A stretch of DNA of 64,000 nt from an uncultured cyanobacterium (lineage in GTDB: Bacteria; Cyanobacteriota; Cyanobacteriia; Cyanobacteriales; Nostocaceae), in contig CAVUDP010000002.1 of the NCBI GenBank assembly GCA_963740315.1, positions 2,112,001 to 2,176,000 of the forward strand. Reading direction: 5' to 3'. Position numbers and translations under genes: made by a program. Within the stretch, counting starts at the first letter, position 1. Each line of letters opens with the position of its first letter. Positions 41,982 through 52,508 of the stretch are shown here, piece by piece. Under the pieces are notes generated by a model. The model was not told where the DNA came from, did not search any database, and saw only the letters and a list, made by a program, of their open reading frames with translations.

Positions 41982-42542
41982 GTGGATTTAGAAACGATGA
42001 TTGTAGCGGCATCAAAGATTGAAGCGATTTTGTATTTGAAGGGAAAGCCCCTTTCTATTGGGGAGATAGCTGATTATGCGAAGTGCGATCGCGCCACGGC
42101 GGAGGAAGGGATAATTGAATTAGTTGATGAATACGCTCGTCGAGATAGCGCTTTGGAAGTTGTAGAAACACCTTCGGGCTATAGTTTGCAATTGCGATCG
42201 GATTTTCATGAATTGGTACAAACGCTGATTCCTGTGGAGTTGGGTGTCGGAGCGTTACGAACTTTGGCTGCGATCGCTCTTAATAGTCCGATGCTGCAAA
42301 GCGATTTAATCAATTTACGCGGTTCGGGGGCGTATCAACACGTTCCGGAATTGGTGGAGCTTGGTTTTGTCCGCAAACGACGTAGCGCTGATTCTCGTTC
42401 TTTTTCGCTGCAAGTTACCCCAAAATTTCATCAATATTTTCAAATAGACCAATTACCTCAACCTTTTTCTAATATTAACAAGCAACAACAACTCGAATTA
42501 GAATTACAATCAACAACCCCAGCGCCAGCGGAAAGCGCGTAA
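41982..42542 (+). CDS. scpB: SMC-Scp complex subunit ScpB
   Basis: KIEAILY, LRTLAAIALNSP, LINLRG, VTPKFHQYF. Confidence 0.92.
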   Translation: MDLETMIVAASKIEAILYLKGKPLSIGEIADYAKCDRATAEEGIIELVDEYARRDSALEVVETPSGYSLQLRSDFHELVQTLIPVELGVGALRTLAAIALNSPMLQSDLINLRGSGAYQHVPELVELGFVRKRRSADSRSFSLQVTPKFHQYFQIDQLPQPFSNINKQQQLELELQSTTPAPAESA

Positions 42543-42749
42543 AACGGTAAAATTTGTTTTCAAGTAAATGTAGTCGCCGATTTTCTTGAATTGGCTTGTG
42601 GAAAATAGCTCTGACATCTGCTAACACTGGGTTTTATTCTTCTACACACCCCCAAAGGAAAGATGCAATTACCTCAAATTTCCACTAAGGTCAAGGTGCC
42701 TCATACTCAACCTATGGTTTAGAGTAGAATTAGCAACTCAGCGAATAAA

Positions 42750-43100
42750 TTGCCAATGGTGTTCGATCCAGACTTTTTGAACGACAACTTCGAGCAACAC
42801 CCGAATCAAAATATTTTTGACAACATTGAGGAAAATCCCAATCAGTTGCTTAAATATCTTGAGCATCAACCTCCGGAGGTTTTAGCACGGGTAGCCCAGT
42901 CTGTCAGCCCCGAAATAAAACAAATCATTTCGCAAAATGTCCAAGGGCTTGTAGGAATGTTACCCCCCGCAAATTTTAACGTGCAGGTGACAACAGACAG
43001 GGATAATCTTGCTGGACTCTTAGCTTCAGCAATGATGACGGGGTATTTCCTGCGCCAAATGGAACAGAGAATGAATTTGGATAATTTAACTAACAAATAA
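42750..43100 (+). CDS. DUF760 family protein
   Basis: NVQGLVGMLP..F.V...TDRDNLAGLLASAMMTGYFLRQME. Confidence 0.85.
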   Translation: MPMVFDPDFLNDNFEQHPNQNIFDNIEENPNQLLKYLEHQPPEVLARVAQSVSPEIKQIISQNVQGLVGMLPPANFNVQVTTDRDNLAGLLASAMMTGYFLRQMEQRMNLDNLTNK

Positions 43101-43216
43101 TGCTTACGAGTTATGGGTTAAGAGCGTTAATTGATTGACGGCTTCGGGGTTATTACCATAAATTGCGATCGCCCAAATCCGGCAACTGTTAACAAACTCT
43201 TAACTCTTAACTGTTT

Positions 43217-44446
43217 CTATTTATAGGGATAAATCCCTGACTGTACTTTAAATGATTGAAGTTTGCCTTCTCGTTTAACTTGAATTTGCAGAATATCTCC
43301 CACTTTTGAGGATTCAACAAATTTTTGTACTTGTGCGGAAGATTTTACAGGTTGTCCGTTAAGTTTTTCAATAATGTCCCCAGGGCGCAATCCAGCTTCT
43401 TCTGCGGGGGAATCCGAAGTAACTCTTCTAACTAGAATTCCAGTTTCCTGTTTTAATGAGAGCGATGTTTCTTGATCGAGCTGCTTTTTCTTACTAGGAG
43501 TCAAATCCACCATTTCGATACCCAGGAATGGATGTTGTACTTTTCCTTTAGTAAATAATTCGTCGGCAATACGGGCGGCAGTTTCAATCGGAATCGCAAA
43601 TCCTAACCCTTGTGCGTCGGCGCGAATCGCTGTATTAACCCCAATCACTTCACCTCGTGAATTTAATAAAGGTCCCCCAGAATTACCGGGGTTGATCGCA
43701 GCGTCTGTTTGAATAAAGCTAACTCGCTTATCTGGAACTCCTACTTGAGCGCTTGTGCGATCGGTAGCGCTGATAATTCCAATCGTGACAGTATTATCCA
43801 AACCCAAGGGATTACCAATGGCGATCGCCCATTGCCCCGGAATCAAGTTTCGAGAACTTCCTAATTTAACGTTAGGTAGTTTGGTTGATGGAATCTTGAC
43901 AACGGCTACATCGGTGATTTTATCAACGCCAACCACTTTACCTTCAAAAGTACGACCATCTTTGAGCGTTACCTGTACGGTATCTGTATCTGCAACTACA
44001 TGGGCATTGGTGAGTAATTTCCCATCGTCGCTTAAGATAAAACCCGAACCCGTACCGCGCTCGATTCTTTCTTGAGGAAAAGGTTGCTCATCCTCTCCAA
44101 AAAATCGACGTAGGAGAGGATTTTTCAACGCTTTTGAGATTGGATTTGCTACTTTACGGGTAGCATTAATACGGACTACCGCAGACCCCGTTTTTTGTAC
44201 TGCCGTAGCAATAAAATTCATGTCACCACCTTCGTTTTCACCAACGGATCTTCCCACTGGACGGTTGATAACACTTTCTGGAGGTAAAGCTACTGTAACA
44301 TTTTTGAAATTATTAAAAGAACGACTTTGCGGCAGGAGATAGCGACTTCCGAATAAACCTGCACCACCGCCAATCGCCACTAAAGAGAGGGAAACAACTA
44401 TTTGTTTTACAGATAACTTCATAACCATAACGTTCAAAGACAGCAA
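43217..44446 (-). CDS. HtrA/HhoA/HhoB (Deg) serine protease with PDZ domain
   Basis: GSGF, TNAHVV, TDVAV, QTDAAINPGNSGGPL and a PDZ domain. Confidence 0.95.
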   Translation of the reverse strand: MLSLNVMVMKLSVKQIVVSLSLVAIGGGAGLFGSRYLLPQSRSFNNFKNVTVALPPESVINRPVGRSVGENEGGDMNFIATAVQKTGSAVVRINATRKVANPISKALKNPLLRRFFGEDEQPFPQERIERGTGSGFILSDDGKLLTNAHVVADTDTVQVTLKDGRTFEGKVVGVDKITDVAVVKIPSTKLPNVKLGSSRNLIPGQWAIAIGNPLGLDNTVTIGIISATDRTSAQVGVPDKRVSFIQTDAAINPGNSGGPLLNSRGEVIGVNTAIRADAQGLGFAIPIETAARIADELFTKGKVQHPFLGIEMVDLTPSKKKQLDQETSLSLKQETGILVRRVTSDSPAEEAGLRPGDIIEKLNGQPVKSSAQVQKFVESSKVGDILQIQVKREGKLQSFKVQSGIYPYK

Positions 44447-44781
44447 TGCAGATGCTAATTTTTAGATTTAGTCAAGTAGACCAATTGACATTTGAGACAA
44501 ACGAGTAAAAATATTCACCTTTAAATACTAAAATCAATAGAAGTCATAGTTCAAATTTCTTGGTGAAATATAGACATGATGACTTCTGACCTCATTAGTT
44601 ATCAGTTGCGCGTTGCTAGTAATTAATTGAAAAAAGAACAGATGAATAGATATCCTTTTTATTTTATGTAAACTTTGTTAAACAAAGTGTTTGCTAGCAA
44701 GCATTAGCTGTTAACTAATTAATGTGCCGATAGTAAATCTTTAAAATAATCTATAAATAAACTTATCATTTTTTTATATAC

Positions 44782-45660
44782 ATGAGCTTCCGTTATTGTT
44801 CAGTCTTGTTTTGTAGTTTAGTTGGTATAGTTGGATTAATATCCACATCGACTAACTTAGCCTTGGCACAGTCGAAGGAAAAAAATTGTCCAACACCAGC
44901 CTTGGAACGTTTTGTGCGTCATCAAGTAGCACCAGAAGAAACTTTAGAAGTCATAGCACAAAGCTATAGTATTACTCCTGCAACCATTATCCGCATGAAT
45001 CCTACAATACGTAACGGTAAAGTTACTGTAGGTAAAAATTTAATTATTCCTCCCTATGATGGGATTGTAGTAAAAGTGCCGAGCGGACAGAATTGGCGAC
45101 AAGTAGCAGCAAAACATAAAATTCGTGCCGACGCGCTTTTTGAGGTTAATGGTTGTCAAGAAAATCCGAGAGTGGTTTTTGTTCCGCAATTGAAGAAATC
45201 ATCAAATTCGACTCAAACAGCATCAACCATCGATACTATTTCTAATTCTAGTAAATTAACTGGATATCCTCTACCAGAAAATACTGCTGTTACGTTCCCC
45301 TATGGATGGCAAATAAATCCAAACAACGGTGATGTTTTTTTCCATAGCGGTATAGACTTGTCAGCACAACCGGGAACCCCCGTACAAGCAATTAGTGAAG
45401 GAGTAGTGGTATTTGCCCAAGAACAAGGTTCTTACGGCAACTTAGTCATAATAAATCACAGCAGCGGAATGCAAAGCCGCTATGCCCACCTCAAGGATAT
45501 CAAAGTTAACGTCGGCGAGGAAGTAAATAAAGGTGATTTAGTCGGAAGCGTCGGAACCACCGGAACACCAACTTTGAAAAAACCCCACCTTCATTTTGAA
45601 ATACGTTCCAGTTCATCTCTTGGTTGGGTAGCGAAAGATCCCAATGAGTATTTGAAGTAA
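44782..45660 (+). CDS. LysM-domain M23 metallopeptidase
   Basis: Signal peptide, LysM-like segments, HSGIDL, YAHL, PHLHFE. Confidence 0.92.
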   Translation: MSFRYCSVLFCSLVGIVGLISTSTNLALAQSKEKNCPTPALERFVRHQVAPEETLEVIAQSYSITPATIIRMNPTIRNGKVTVGKNLIIPPYDGIVVKVPSGQNWRQVAAKHKIRADALFEVNGCQENPRVVFVPQLKKSSNSTQTASTIDTISNSSKLTGYPLPENTAVTFPYGWQINPNNGDVFFHSGIDLSAQPGTPVQAISEGVVVFAQEQGSYGNLVIINHSSGMQSRYAHLKDIKVNVGEEVNKGDLVGSVGTTGTPTLKKPHLHFEIRSSSSLGWVAKDPNEYLK

Positions 45661-45661
45661 T

Positions 45662-45850
45662 TGGGGATGGGTTCGGGGGTTCGGGGGTTCGGGGGTTCGG
45701 GGGTTCGGGGGTTCGGGGGTTCGGGGGAGAGGGGGAGAGGGGGAGATGGGGGGATGGGGTTCGGGGGAGATGGGGTTCGGGGGAGATGGGGAGATGGGGA
45801 GATGGGGGGATGGGGTTTGGGGGAGATGGGGGGATGGGGTTCGGGGGAGA
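45662..45850. repeat. G-rich STRR tract (GGGGGTTC / GGGGAGAT)n
   Basis: About 190 bp of tandem G4-G5 runs directly after the M23 stop codon. Confidence 0.9.
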
Positions 45851-46004
45851 GAAAATTCAACCTTAACCCTCAAACTGGAAGTCTGGGGAACCATCCAAAC
45901 GAAGCCCACCTGCGTAGGCTAATAGGTAATATCAGATTCAAAATTCAAAATTCTACAACTCCTCATTCCTAACTCCTAACTGCTCACTGCTCACTGCTCA
46001 CTGC

Positions 46005-47009
46005 TCACTGCTCACTGCTCACTGTCTTCATTCCCGATAAAGCAAATCTCTTAAATGCTGCATCTGCCTGTTCTGTGTAATCGATGACTCCGGGTATTAC
46101 CACGGGTGAGGTGCAGTCTTCGAGGAGATGAATTTTTTGGGCAAGGTTAATATCTATTTTCTTAATATCTGTTAATAAATCGTCGATCGTCCAAGCTACG
46201 CAGTGACTTTTTGCTTGTCCGGCAATGATGATTTTATCAAATTCTAGAAGCTGTTTGATTAAATGAGTATTTTTTTCTGCGATCGCACGATTATCAAAAC
46301 TTTGTAAAACTTCCGGGCTTAGTACGGAATAATTTTCAGTTAAAGGATTGTTGCCTTTGATTTCAAATTGTGCTTGAGAGTTGCGAGCGATCGAGTGAAA
46401 AAATATCGCTTCTTCCACGGCAGAAACCAAAGCATGACCGATTCCACCTAACATGGAATGATATGACCAAACGGTGAGGGGATATTTACCGTTGTCGGTG
46501 AGTTTTTTGACGTAATGATAAGCGTATTTTTCTAAAAATTCGTAGTCATATCCCAAGCTGAAACTAACTGCTGGGTTAACCTGCCAATTACCTTTATTAA
46601 TATCATCGGGAACAATATTAGTAGCCGAAGGAATCGGATGTTCCCCTGCGGAATTTACCCAGAATACTGGATGAAAAATTTGCATTGCCGTGTGAGTATC
46701 CATCGTAGGTACGATCGTGGTAATTTCACCTAAATTGCGATAAATAAATTCACACAAACGGATATTATCTGCGATCGCGCCTTTTCCCGACTTGCCACCA
46801 ACGAATAATTCAAATTCGGGAATACAAAAAGTGTTTTGAACATCAATTAATAAAAGACAAACCCGGTTTTTATCTTCAGATGCTGGTTTGATATCGTGTT
46901 GTTTTGCCCATGCTTGAGCATCGATGGAGCGTTGTTGGTAAGGTACCCGCCATATTTCGCCGACTTTTGCGGGGTTGAAGTGTGGGGGGATGGGGAGTTG
47001 GGGGTTCAT
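46005..47009 (-). CDS. Isochorismatase / nicotinamidase-like cysteine hydrolase
   Basis: LLIDVQNTFC, MDTH, WSYHSM, AGQAKSHCV, LLEDCTS. Confidence 0.88.
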   Translation of the reverse strand: MNPQLPIPPHFNPAKVGEIWRVPYQQRSIDAQAWAKQHDIKPASEDKNRVCLLLIDVQNTFCIPEFELFVGGKSGKGAIADNIRLCEFIYRNLGEITTIVPTMDTHTAMQIFHPVFWVNSAGEHPIPSATNIVPDDINKGNWQVNPAVSFSLGYDYEFLEKYAYHYVKKLTDNGKYPLTVWSYHSMLGGIGHALVSAVEEAIFFHSIARNSQAQFEIKGNNPLTENYSVLSPEVLQSFDNRAIAEKNTHLIKQLLEFDKIIIAGQAKSHCVAWTIDDLLTDIKKIDINLAQKIHLLEDCTSPVVIPGVIDYTEQADAAFKRFALSGMKTVSSEQ

Positions 47010-47023
47010 TTTTATATTTAAGT

Positions 47024-48634
47024 TTAATTTTGCTTGATTATTGTTAAATATGTAGGCGTTTTTATACTATATGTATTGCTAGACGGGTTAAATTGTATAA
47101 AATCCATTCCTTGGTCAAAAATAATTTGGTATTTTTGACCATCTGTTCTTTCAATTTCTAGCAGTCGTGCATGGTCGAAATAATCTCTACAACTTAAAGG
47201 TTGAACTTCAACCTTTAAAATAATTCCTTTATTAGTAAATTGATTGAGACAATTTTCTAATTCATATTTACGTAAATGAGCAGGCGTATTATCTTTTTCA
47301 AGTACTTTGATTTTTACATATGATGTTGATTTAAGCCAATTGCCGGTCAAAATATTAGCAAGTATACTTGCTCCTTTACCAAATAAATAGCGGTCACGAT
47401 AAAATATAGTTTTAACTACACCTTCATTTAAAATTTTTTCAATTCCTAATTCTTTTCGCAGTAGTGTAATATTCAAATCTTGTCCATCAGGTTCTAAAGC
47501 TATTAAATAAGCATTTAGACTATTTAACTTTGACGATTCTTTTTCTAGAACTTCTATTCTTTTGATATTACTATTTTCTTTTTCTTTTAAGCTTTGAATT
47601 AATAAGTTAAGTCTATTTACTTTACTTTTAGCTTCTGACTCTCTATGTTGATATTTCAAAAGTTCTTCTTTTAAAACTCTTAATTGTTCTAATTTATTTT
47701 CTTGATTGCTTGATTGACTATTTAAATCATTATTTAATTTAGAAATTCGTTGTATGAGTATTTGATTATGATTGTGTAATTCATCAATCATTCGTTGTTG
47801 GTCTGGTAATTGAAGGGAAACTTCTTCCTGTTTATTCTGATTACGCTTTAGCTCTTGCTTGAACTGATACAATAACTTTTTATATTGTTTATCTGTATGT
47901 TCTAATTTATTCTGGTGTAATTGCTCTTGAATTTTTCGTTTGTAAATCAAAAATTCGATAATAATCCATGAAGCAAACCCTCCTACTAAAAAAAGAGCCA
48001 TTGTTAAAGAATAATCTTTATGCGCTCCACTTGTACTCAAAGGTTTTTTAACCCAACGTTGATAGTCTTCTAAGAAACTCGGGGAAATACCTCGTATGTA
48101 ATATACTCTTCCTATAATCCTTCCGGCGTTTTCCTTGCCAGTATCAGTTCGCTCTTCAGTACGAGGACTATCATATTTTGATTCAGTTAATAGAGGAGGT
48201 GGATTTCTTAATAAGTCATACGGATGCAGCAATAAATCTTCGGGCTTAAGTTGTGTCTTCCAGCTTCTATATGATTTAGTTGAATATAAAATTTTTTGAT
48301 TAAGACAATTTTTTTCTTCTATTCTACAATCAGTTACAACTAATCCAAAAAAACCATAATTACTATTTAAAGTTTGTTGTAATTCATCAAGGTCTTTTTT
48401 TTGCAATGCATAAGATAGTTTAGTAGGTAATGTGTGAGATAAAATATTGAAATCAACGGTTTGAGTTCGATATATAGTTCCATTCCAGTAATATTGATAG
48501 TCCGTCCAATTTGATAAAGTCGCTACGAAGCAAGCAACGGAGCTTGTCATCATAAATCTGATAACACTACCAATACGGTTTTGCACCACTGTCTTTAAAT
48601 TGAGATTATTACGCATTAATATTCCCGAATACAC
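47024..48634 (-). CDS. Hypothetical membrane protein: 2 TM + extracytoplasmic domain + coiled coil + PLD-like (MIT_C-like) domain
   Basis: 536-aa ORF with hydrophobic segments near aa 25-40 and 210-231, a long Q/K/E coiled coil, and C-terminal YRDRYL...HARLLEI...FDQGMDF. Confidence 0.7.
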   Translation of the reverse strand: MYSGILMRNNLNLKTVVQNRIGSVIRFMMTSSVACFVATLSNWTDYQYYWNGTIYRTQTVDFNILSHTLPTKLSYALQKKDLDELQQTLNSNYGFFGLVVTDCRIEEKNCLNQKILYSTKSYRSWKTQLKPEDLLLHPYDLLRNPPPLLTESKYDSPRTEERTDTGKENAGRIIGRVYYIRGISPSFLEDYQRWVKKPLSTSGAHKDYSLTMALFLVGGFASWIIIEFLIYKRKIQEQLHQNKLEHTDKQYKKLLYQFKQELKRNQNKQEEVSLQLPDQQRMIDELHNHNQILIQRISKLNNDLNSQSSNQENKLEQLRVLKEELLKYQHRESEAKSKVNRLNLLIQSLKEKENSNIKRIEVLEKESSKLNSLNAYLIALEPDGQDLNITLLRKELGIEKILNEGVVKTIFYRDRYLFGKGASILANILTGNWLKSTSYVKIKVLEKDNTPAHLRKYELENCLNQFTNKGIILKVEVQPLSCRDYFDHARLLEIERTDGQKYQIIFDQGMDFIQFNPSSNTYSIKTPTYLTIIKQN

Positions 48635-48780
48635 CCTTTGTATAGATTTTGGCAGGATATAAATTTTATTTTCAAGGGAAAATTTGCGTATTCACGTATT
48701 ATAGTTTGACAGCGATTAAGTAAGTTTACTAATATATATACAGCTTAATATGAACGTCTTTTTACTTAATTTTTTGGTTT

Positions 48781-48859
48781 GTAGGTTGGGTAGAAGGAAG
48801 TGAAACCTAAGAATTTATGATAAAGCTATGTTGGGTTTCGTTGCTCAACCCAACCTACG
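48781..48859. repeat. GTAGGTTGGG...CCCAACCTAC REP-like inverted pair
   Basis: gtaggttggg at 48781 and cccaacctac ending at 48858; degenerate half copy at about 49160-49190. Confidence 0.7.
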
Positions 48860-49186
48860 AAGACTTTCGATATTCTTTAAATTACCTGCTTTAAGCATAA
48901 TTACTAAATGCTCAATCCGCTCGTATTCATCAAGCTCTATACGTTCTTGTTCGTTTATATCACCTGCTTTACTACGTTCTAAAAGAAGGCGCAAACGAGT
49001 TTGCATTTCAGGTGTGGGACGAGAATTAGCGATTTCTTCTGGTGTGGGTAAGGTTGCCAGAAAATCTAATATGTAGCGATAAGTATGAGCAGCTAACGGT
49101 GGTTGCTGAAGGCTCAAAGTAAGTAATTCTAGAAGGCGATCTTTGATATTTAGATTTATTGTTGGATTATGCTTTCCTCCAACCAA
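48845..49186 (-). CDS. Small helical hypothetical protein (antitoxin-like), probably 5'-truncated
   Basis: DFLATLPTPEEI...RPTPEMQTRL..LLER...EQERIELDEYERIEHLVIMLK; the N terminus overlaps a REP remnant. Confidence 0.5.
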   Translation of the reverse strand: MVGGKHNPTINLNIKDRLLELLTLSLQQPPLAAHTYRYILDFLATLPTPEEIANSRPTPEMQTRLRLLLERSKAGDINEQERIELDEYERIEHLVIMLKAGNLKNIESLRRLG

Positions 49187-49472
49187 CCTAAAATTATTGT
49201 TTATTTTTTATCTTGTAGTGCGAGCGTCTCGCTCGCTATATAGTCTCGCTCGCTAGATATCCTACTGGTAAATACAATAACTTTTTCAAAGCATTTGCTG
49301 TATAGTTTATATCTACGTAACTATTTAATTAACTGTATTAAAGCTGTTTTATCCAAATTATTAGTTTTTTTCCAAGAAATTTAACATCAAATCACGCTTA
49401 ATTATGGCAATCTGAAAAACAGAATGTTTGAAAATTTGATATCTTCGCTACAGAATTTTACTTAAACAGGTT

Positions 49473-50717
49473 ATGCAAACCCTGCCAACACCAACAACTA
49501 CAAACACCGCATCTACGACTCCCGCTTTTGAAACCACTATTAAGCGGCGCAAAACCCGCCCTGTAAGGGTCGGAGATGTTACCATCGGGTCGGGGTACCC
49601 CGTGGTGGTGCAGTCGATGATTAATGAGGATACTTTGGATATCGCCGGTTCCGTGGCTGGTATTCGTCGCTTGCATGAAATCGGCTGCGAAATTGTCCGC
49701 GTTACCGTACCGAGTATGGCTCATGCTAAAGCTTTATCTGAAATTAAACAAAAGTTAAAGCAAACTTATCGGGATGTGCCAATTGTTGCCGACGTACATC
49801 ACAACGGTATGAAAATTGCTTTGGAAGTTGCCAAGCATATCGAAAAGGTACGGATTAATCCGGGGTTATACGTTTTTGAAAAGCCAGATGTGAATCGAAC
49901 TGAATATACTAAAGCTGAATTCGATGAAATTGGCGAAAAAATAGCCGAAACCATGAAGCCTTTGATCGTTTCTCTACGCGATCGAGGGAAAGCCATGCGA
50001 ATCGGTGTAAATCACGGTTCCCTCGCCGAACGAATGCTGTTTACTTACGGCGATACTCCGGAAGGAATGGTGGAATCGGCGCTGGAATTTATTCGTATTT
50101 GCGAATCTTTAGATTTTCATAATATCGTAATTTCACTGAAGGCTTCGCGAGTGCCGGTAATGTTGGCTGCATATCGGTTGATGGCGCAACGGATGGATGC
50201 TGAAGGTATGAATTATCCTTTGCATTTGGGCGTTACGGAAGCTGGAGATGGGGAATACGGACGAATTAAGTCTACGGCGGGAATTGCTACTTTGTTAGCC
50301 GACGGAATTGGCGATACAATTCGGGTTTCTTTGACCGAAGCACCGGAAAAAGAAATTCCAGTTTGTTATAGTATTTTGCAGGCTTTGGGATTGCGGAAGA
50401 CAATGGTAGAATACGTCGCTTGTCCTTCCTGCGGTCGCACTTTGTTTAATTTAGAGGAAGTGCTGCACCTGGTGCGCGAAGCAACCAGTCACCTCACGGG
50501 ATTGGATATTGCTGTTATGGGCTGCATCGTCAACGGACCTGGAGAAATGGCTGATGCTGATTACGGTTATGTCGGCAAGACTCCCGGCTTAATCTCACTT
50601 TACAGGGGTAGAGAGGAAATTAAAAAAGTTCCTGAAGATAAAGGCGTGGAGGAATTGATAAACTTAATTAAAGCCGACGGACGTTGGGTCGAACCCGATC
50701 GCAAAAAAGGTTCGTAA
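49473..50717 (+). CDS. ispG: (E)-4-hydroxy-3-methylbut-2-enyl-diphosphate synthase
   Basis: [53 protein letters not shown]. Confidence 0.97.
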   Translation: MQTLPTPTTTNTASTTPAFETTIKRRKTRPVRVGDVTIGSGYPVVVQSMINEDTLDIAGSVAGIRRLHEIGCEIVRVTVPSMAHAKALSEIKQKLKQTYRDVPIVADVHHNGMKIALEVAKHIEKVRINPGLYVFEKPDVNRTEYTKAEFDEIGEKIAETMKPLIVSLRDRGKAMRIGVNHGSLAERMLFTYGDTPEGMVESALEFIRICESLDFHNIVISLKASRVPVMLAAYRLMAQRMDAEGMNYPLHLGVTEAGDGEYGRIKSTAGIATLLADGIGDTIRVSLTEAPEKEIPVCYSILQALGLRKTMVEYVACPSCGRTLFNLEEVLHLVREATSHLTGLDIAVMGCIVNGPGEMADADYGYVGKTPGLISLYRGREEIKKVPEDKGVEELINLIKADGRWVEPDRKKGS

Positions 50718-50872
50718 AACAAAATTCTTGCTAGTTTTGCAATACACCGCAAAGCTAGCCGGATTATCGGATAAATTTACCGAAATAACAAATTATGCTC
50801 GGTCTGTACAGCGATATGCTGTGTTAGATTGAGCATACTGACTATGTAAATTCAGTCTGGCACAACTGTAAT

Positions 50873-52162
50873 ATGGTGATTACTAGAAGTGGACTTGTTT
50901 TAGGTGCTACAGCCCTGACGCTTTCTACGATTGCTGTCGCGGGTTTTGGCATCCATTCACAAGGACAAGCCTTATTTAAAGAAGGTCCTAAAGAGATAGT
51001 AGACGAAGTTTGGCAAATTATTCATCGCCAATATGTAGATGGCACATTCAATCAGGTAGATTGGCAAGCTGTTCGCAAAGAGTACTTGAATAATAAGACT
51101 TACACGAACAAGGAGCAAGCCTACAAATCCATCCGGGAAATGCTTAAAAAGCTGGACGATCCCTATACCCGGTTTATGGACCCCAAAGAGTTCCAGAATA
51201 TGCAGGTGGATACTTCTGGGGAACTGACTGGTGTTGGTATCACAATTGGTCTTGATGATGAAACTAAAAAGTTGACCGTCATTGCCCCGTTGGAAGATAC
51301 CCCAGCATTTAAAGCTGGTATCTTGGCAAAAGATGTTATTACCAAAATTGATGGTAAAAGCACCGAGGGGATGGATACTAACCAAGCGGTAACTTTAATT
51401 CGAGGTGAACCTGGAAGTAAAGTTAACTTAACTATTTCTCGTAATGGGAAAGAAAAAGACTATTTAATTACGCGAGCAAAAATCGAAATTCATCCGGTCG
51501 ATTACTCTCTAAAACAAACTCCTGCGGGTAAAACTGGTTATATTCGTCTCAAGCAGTTTAGCGCTAATGCTTCTAAAGAAATGCGCGATGCTATTAGAGA
51601 TTTGGAGAAGAAGAACGTCGATGGATATGTTCTCGATTTACGTAATAATCCAGGCGGTTTGTTATTCTCCAGTATCGAAATTGCTCGGATGTGGCTCAAG
51701 GATGGTACGATTGTTTCCACAATTGACCGCAAAGGAGTCGTAGAAAAAGAAGCAGCAACCGGGCGATCGCTCACGGACAAACCATTAGTCGTTTTGGTAG
51801 ATAAAGGGAGTGCTAGTGCCAGTGAAATCCTTTCCGGTGCGTTGCAGGATAATAAGCGTGCTGTTTTAGTCGGCAGTAAGACTTTTGGTAAGGGCTTAGT
51901 GCAGTCAGTACGTCCCCTTAATGACGGTTCCGGAGTTGCAGTAACCATTGCTAAATATCATACCCCCAGCGGTGCAGATATTAATAAATCCGGGATTAAG
52001 CCAGATATCAAGGTGGAGTTGAGCGACGAACAGCGACAAAATTTGTGGCTCAAACAACGCGATAAACTTGCTACCTTACAAGATCCACAATTTGCCAAAG
52101 CTGTGGAAGAATTGAAAAAAGAAATTGCTGCAAAGGGCAATACTAGAGCGCAGACAAATTAG
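50873..52162 (+). CDS. ctpC: Carboxyl-terminal processing protease (S41), CtpC-like
   Basis: DDPYTRF, PDZ domain, DLRNNPGG, SASASEIL, TFGKGLVQ; the paralogue assignment is less certain than the family. Confidence 0.8.
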   Translation: MVITRSGLVLGATALTLSTIAVAGFGIHSQGQALFKEGPKEIVDEVWQIIHRQYVDGTFNQVDWQAVRKEYLNNKTYTNKEQAYKSIREMLKKLDDPYTRFMDPKEFQNMQVDTSGELTGVGITIGLDDETKKLTVIAPLEDTPAFKAGILAKDVITKIDGKSTEGMDTNQAVTLIRGEPGSKVNLTISRNGKEKDYLITRAKIEIHPVDYSLKQTPAGKTGYIRLKQFSANASKEMRDAIRDLEKKNVDGYVLDLRNNPGGLLFSSIEIARMWLKDGTIVSTIDRKGVVEKEAATGRSLTDKPLVVLVDKGSASASEILSGALQDNKRAVLVGSKTFGKGLVQSVRPLNDGSGVAVTIAKYHTPSGADINKSGIKPDIKVELSDEQRQNLWLKQRDKLATLQDPQFAKAVEELKKEIAAKGNTRAQTN

Positions 52163-52270
52163 TTAGGAGTTGTAGAGACGCGATATATCGCGTCTATACA
52201 GGAATTAGAATTTGTTAAGCGGCATTTTTATTATTTATCTAATTTTTAATTTCTAACTTTTAACTTCTAT

Positions 52271-52453
52271 TTAAACGGGCTGACATTTTCCCGCCCTAAT
52301 TAACCCTATGCGGCGGGTAATGGCATCTTCAATCGAATTAAAAGGTCCCCACTTTTCTATAATCTCCCTATCGTCTTCAGCTGGTTGGCTGGAGACGATT
52401 TCGCAATTTCCGATTAAACTTTTGATAATATACCACTCTTGTGAAGATTCCAT
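52271..52453 (-). CDS. Small cyanobacterial hypothetical protein
   Basis: WYIIK...EKWGPF...AITRRIGLIRAGKCQP. Confidence 0.7.
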   Translation of the reverse strand: MESSQEWYIIKSLIGNCEIVSSQPAEDDREIIEKWGPFNSIEDAITRRIGLIRAGKCQPV

Positions 52454-52508
52454 AAATTAAATTAGCTAAAAATTATTTAAGTTGACTTCAAAATTTTAAT
52501 CTAATCGC

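Noticed and set aside
45591..45972. Pro- or Gly-rich ORFs
   Set aside because: Translations of the G-rich STRR tract.
52271..52453. Possible transposase fragment
   Set aside because: No DDE motif, inverted repeats or target duplication; treated as a small hypothetical protein.
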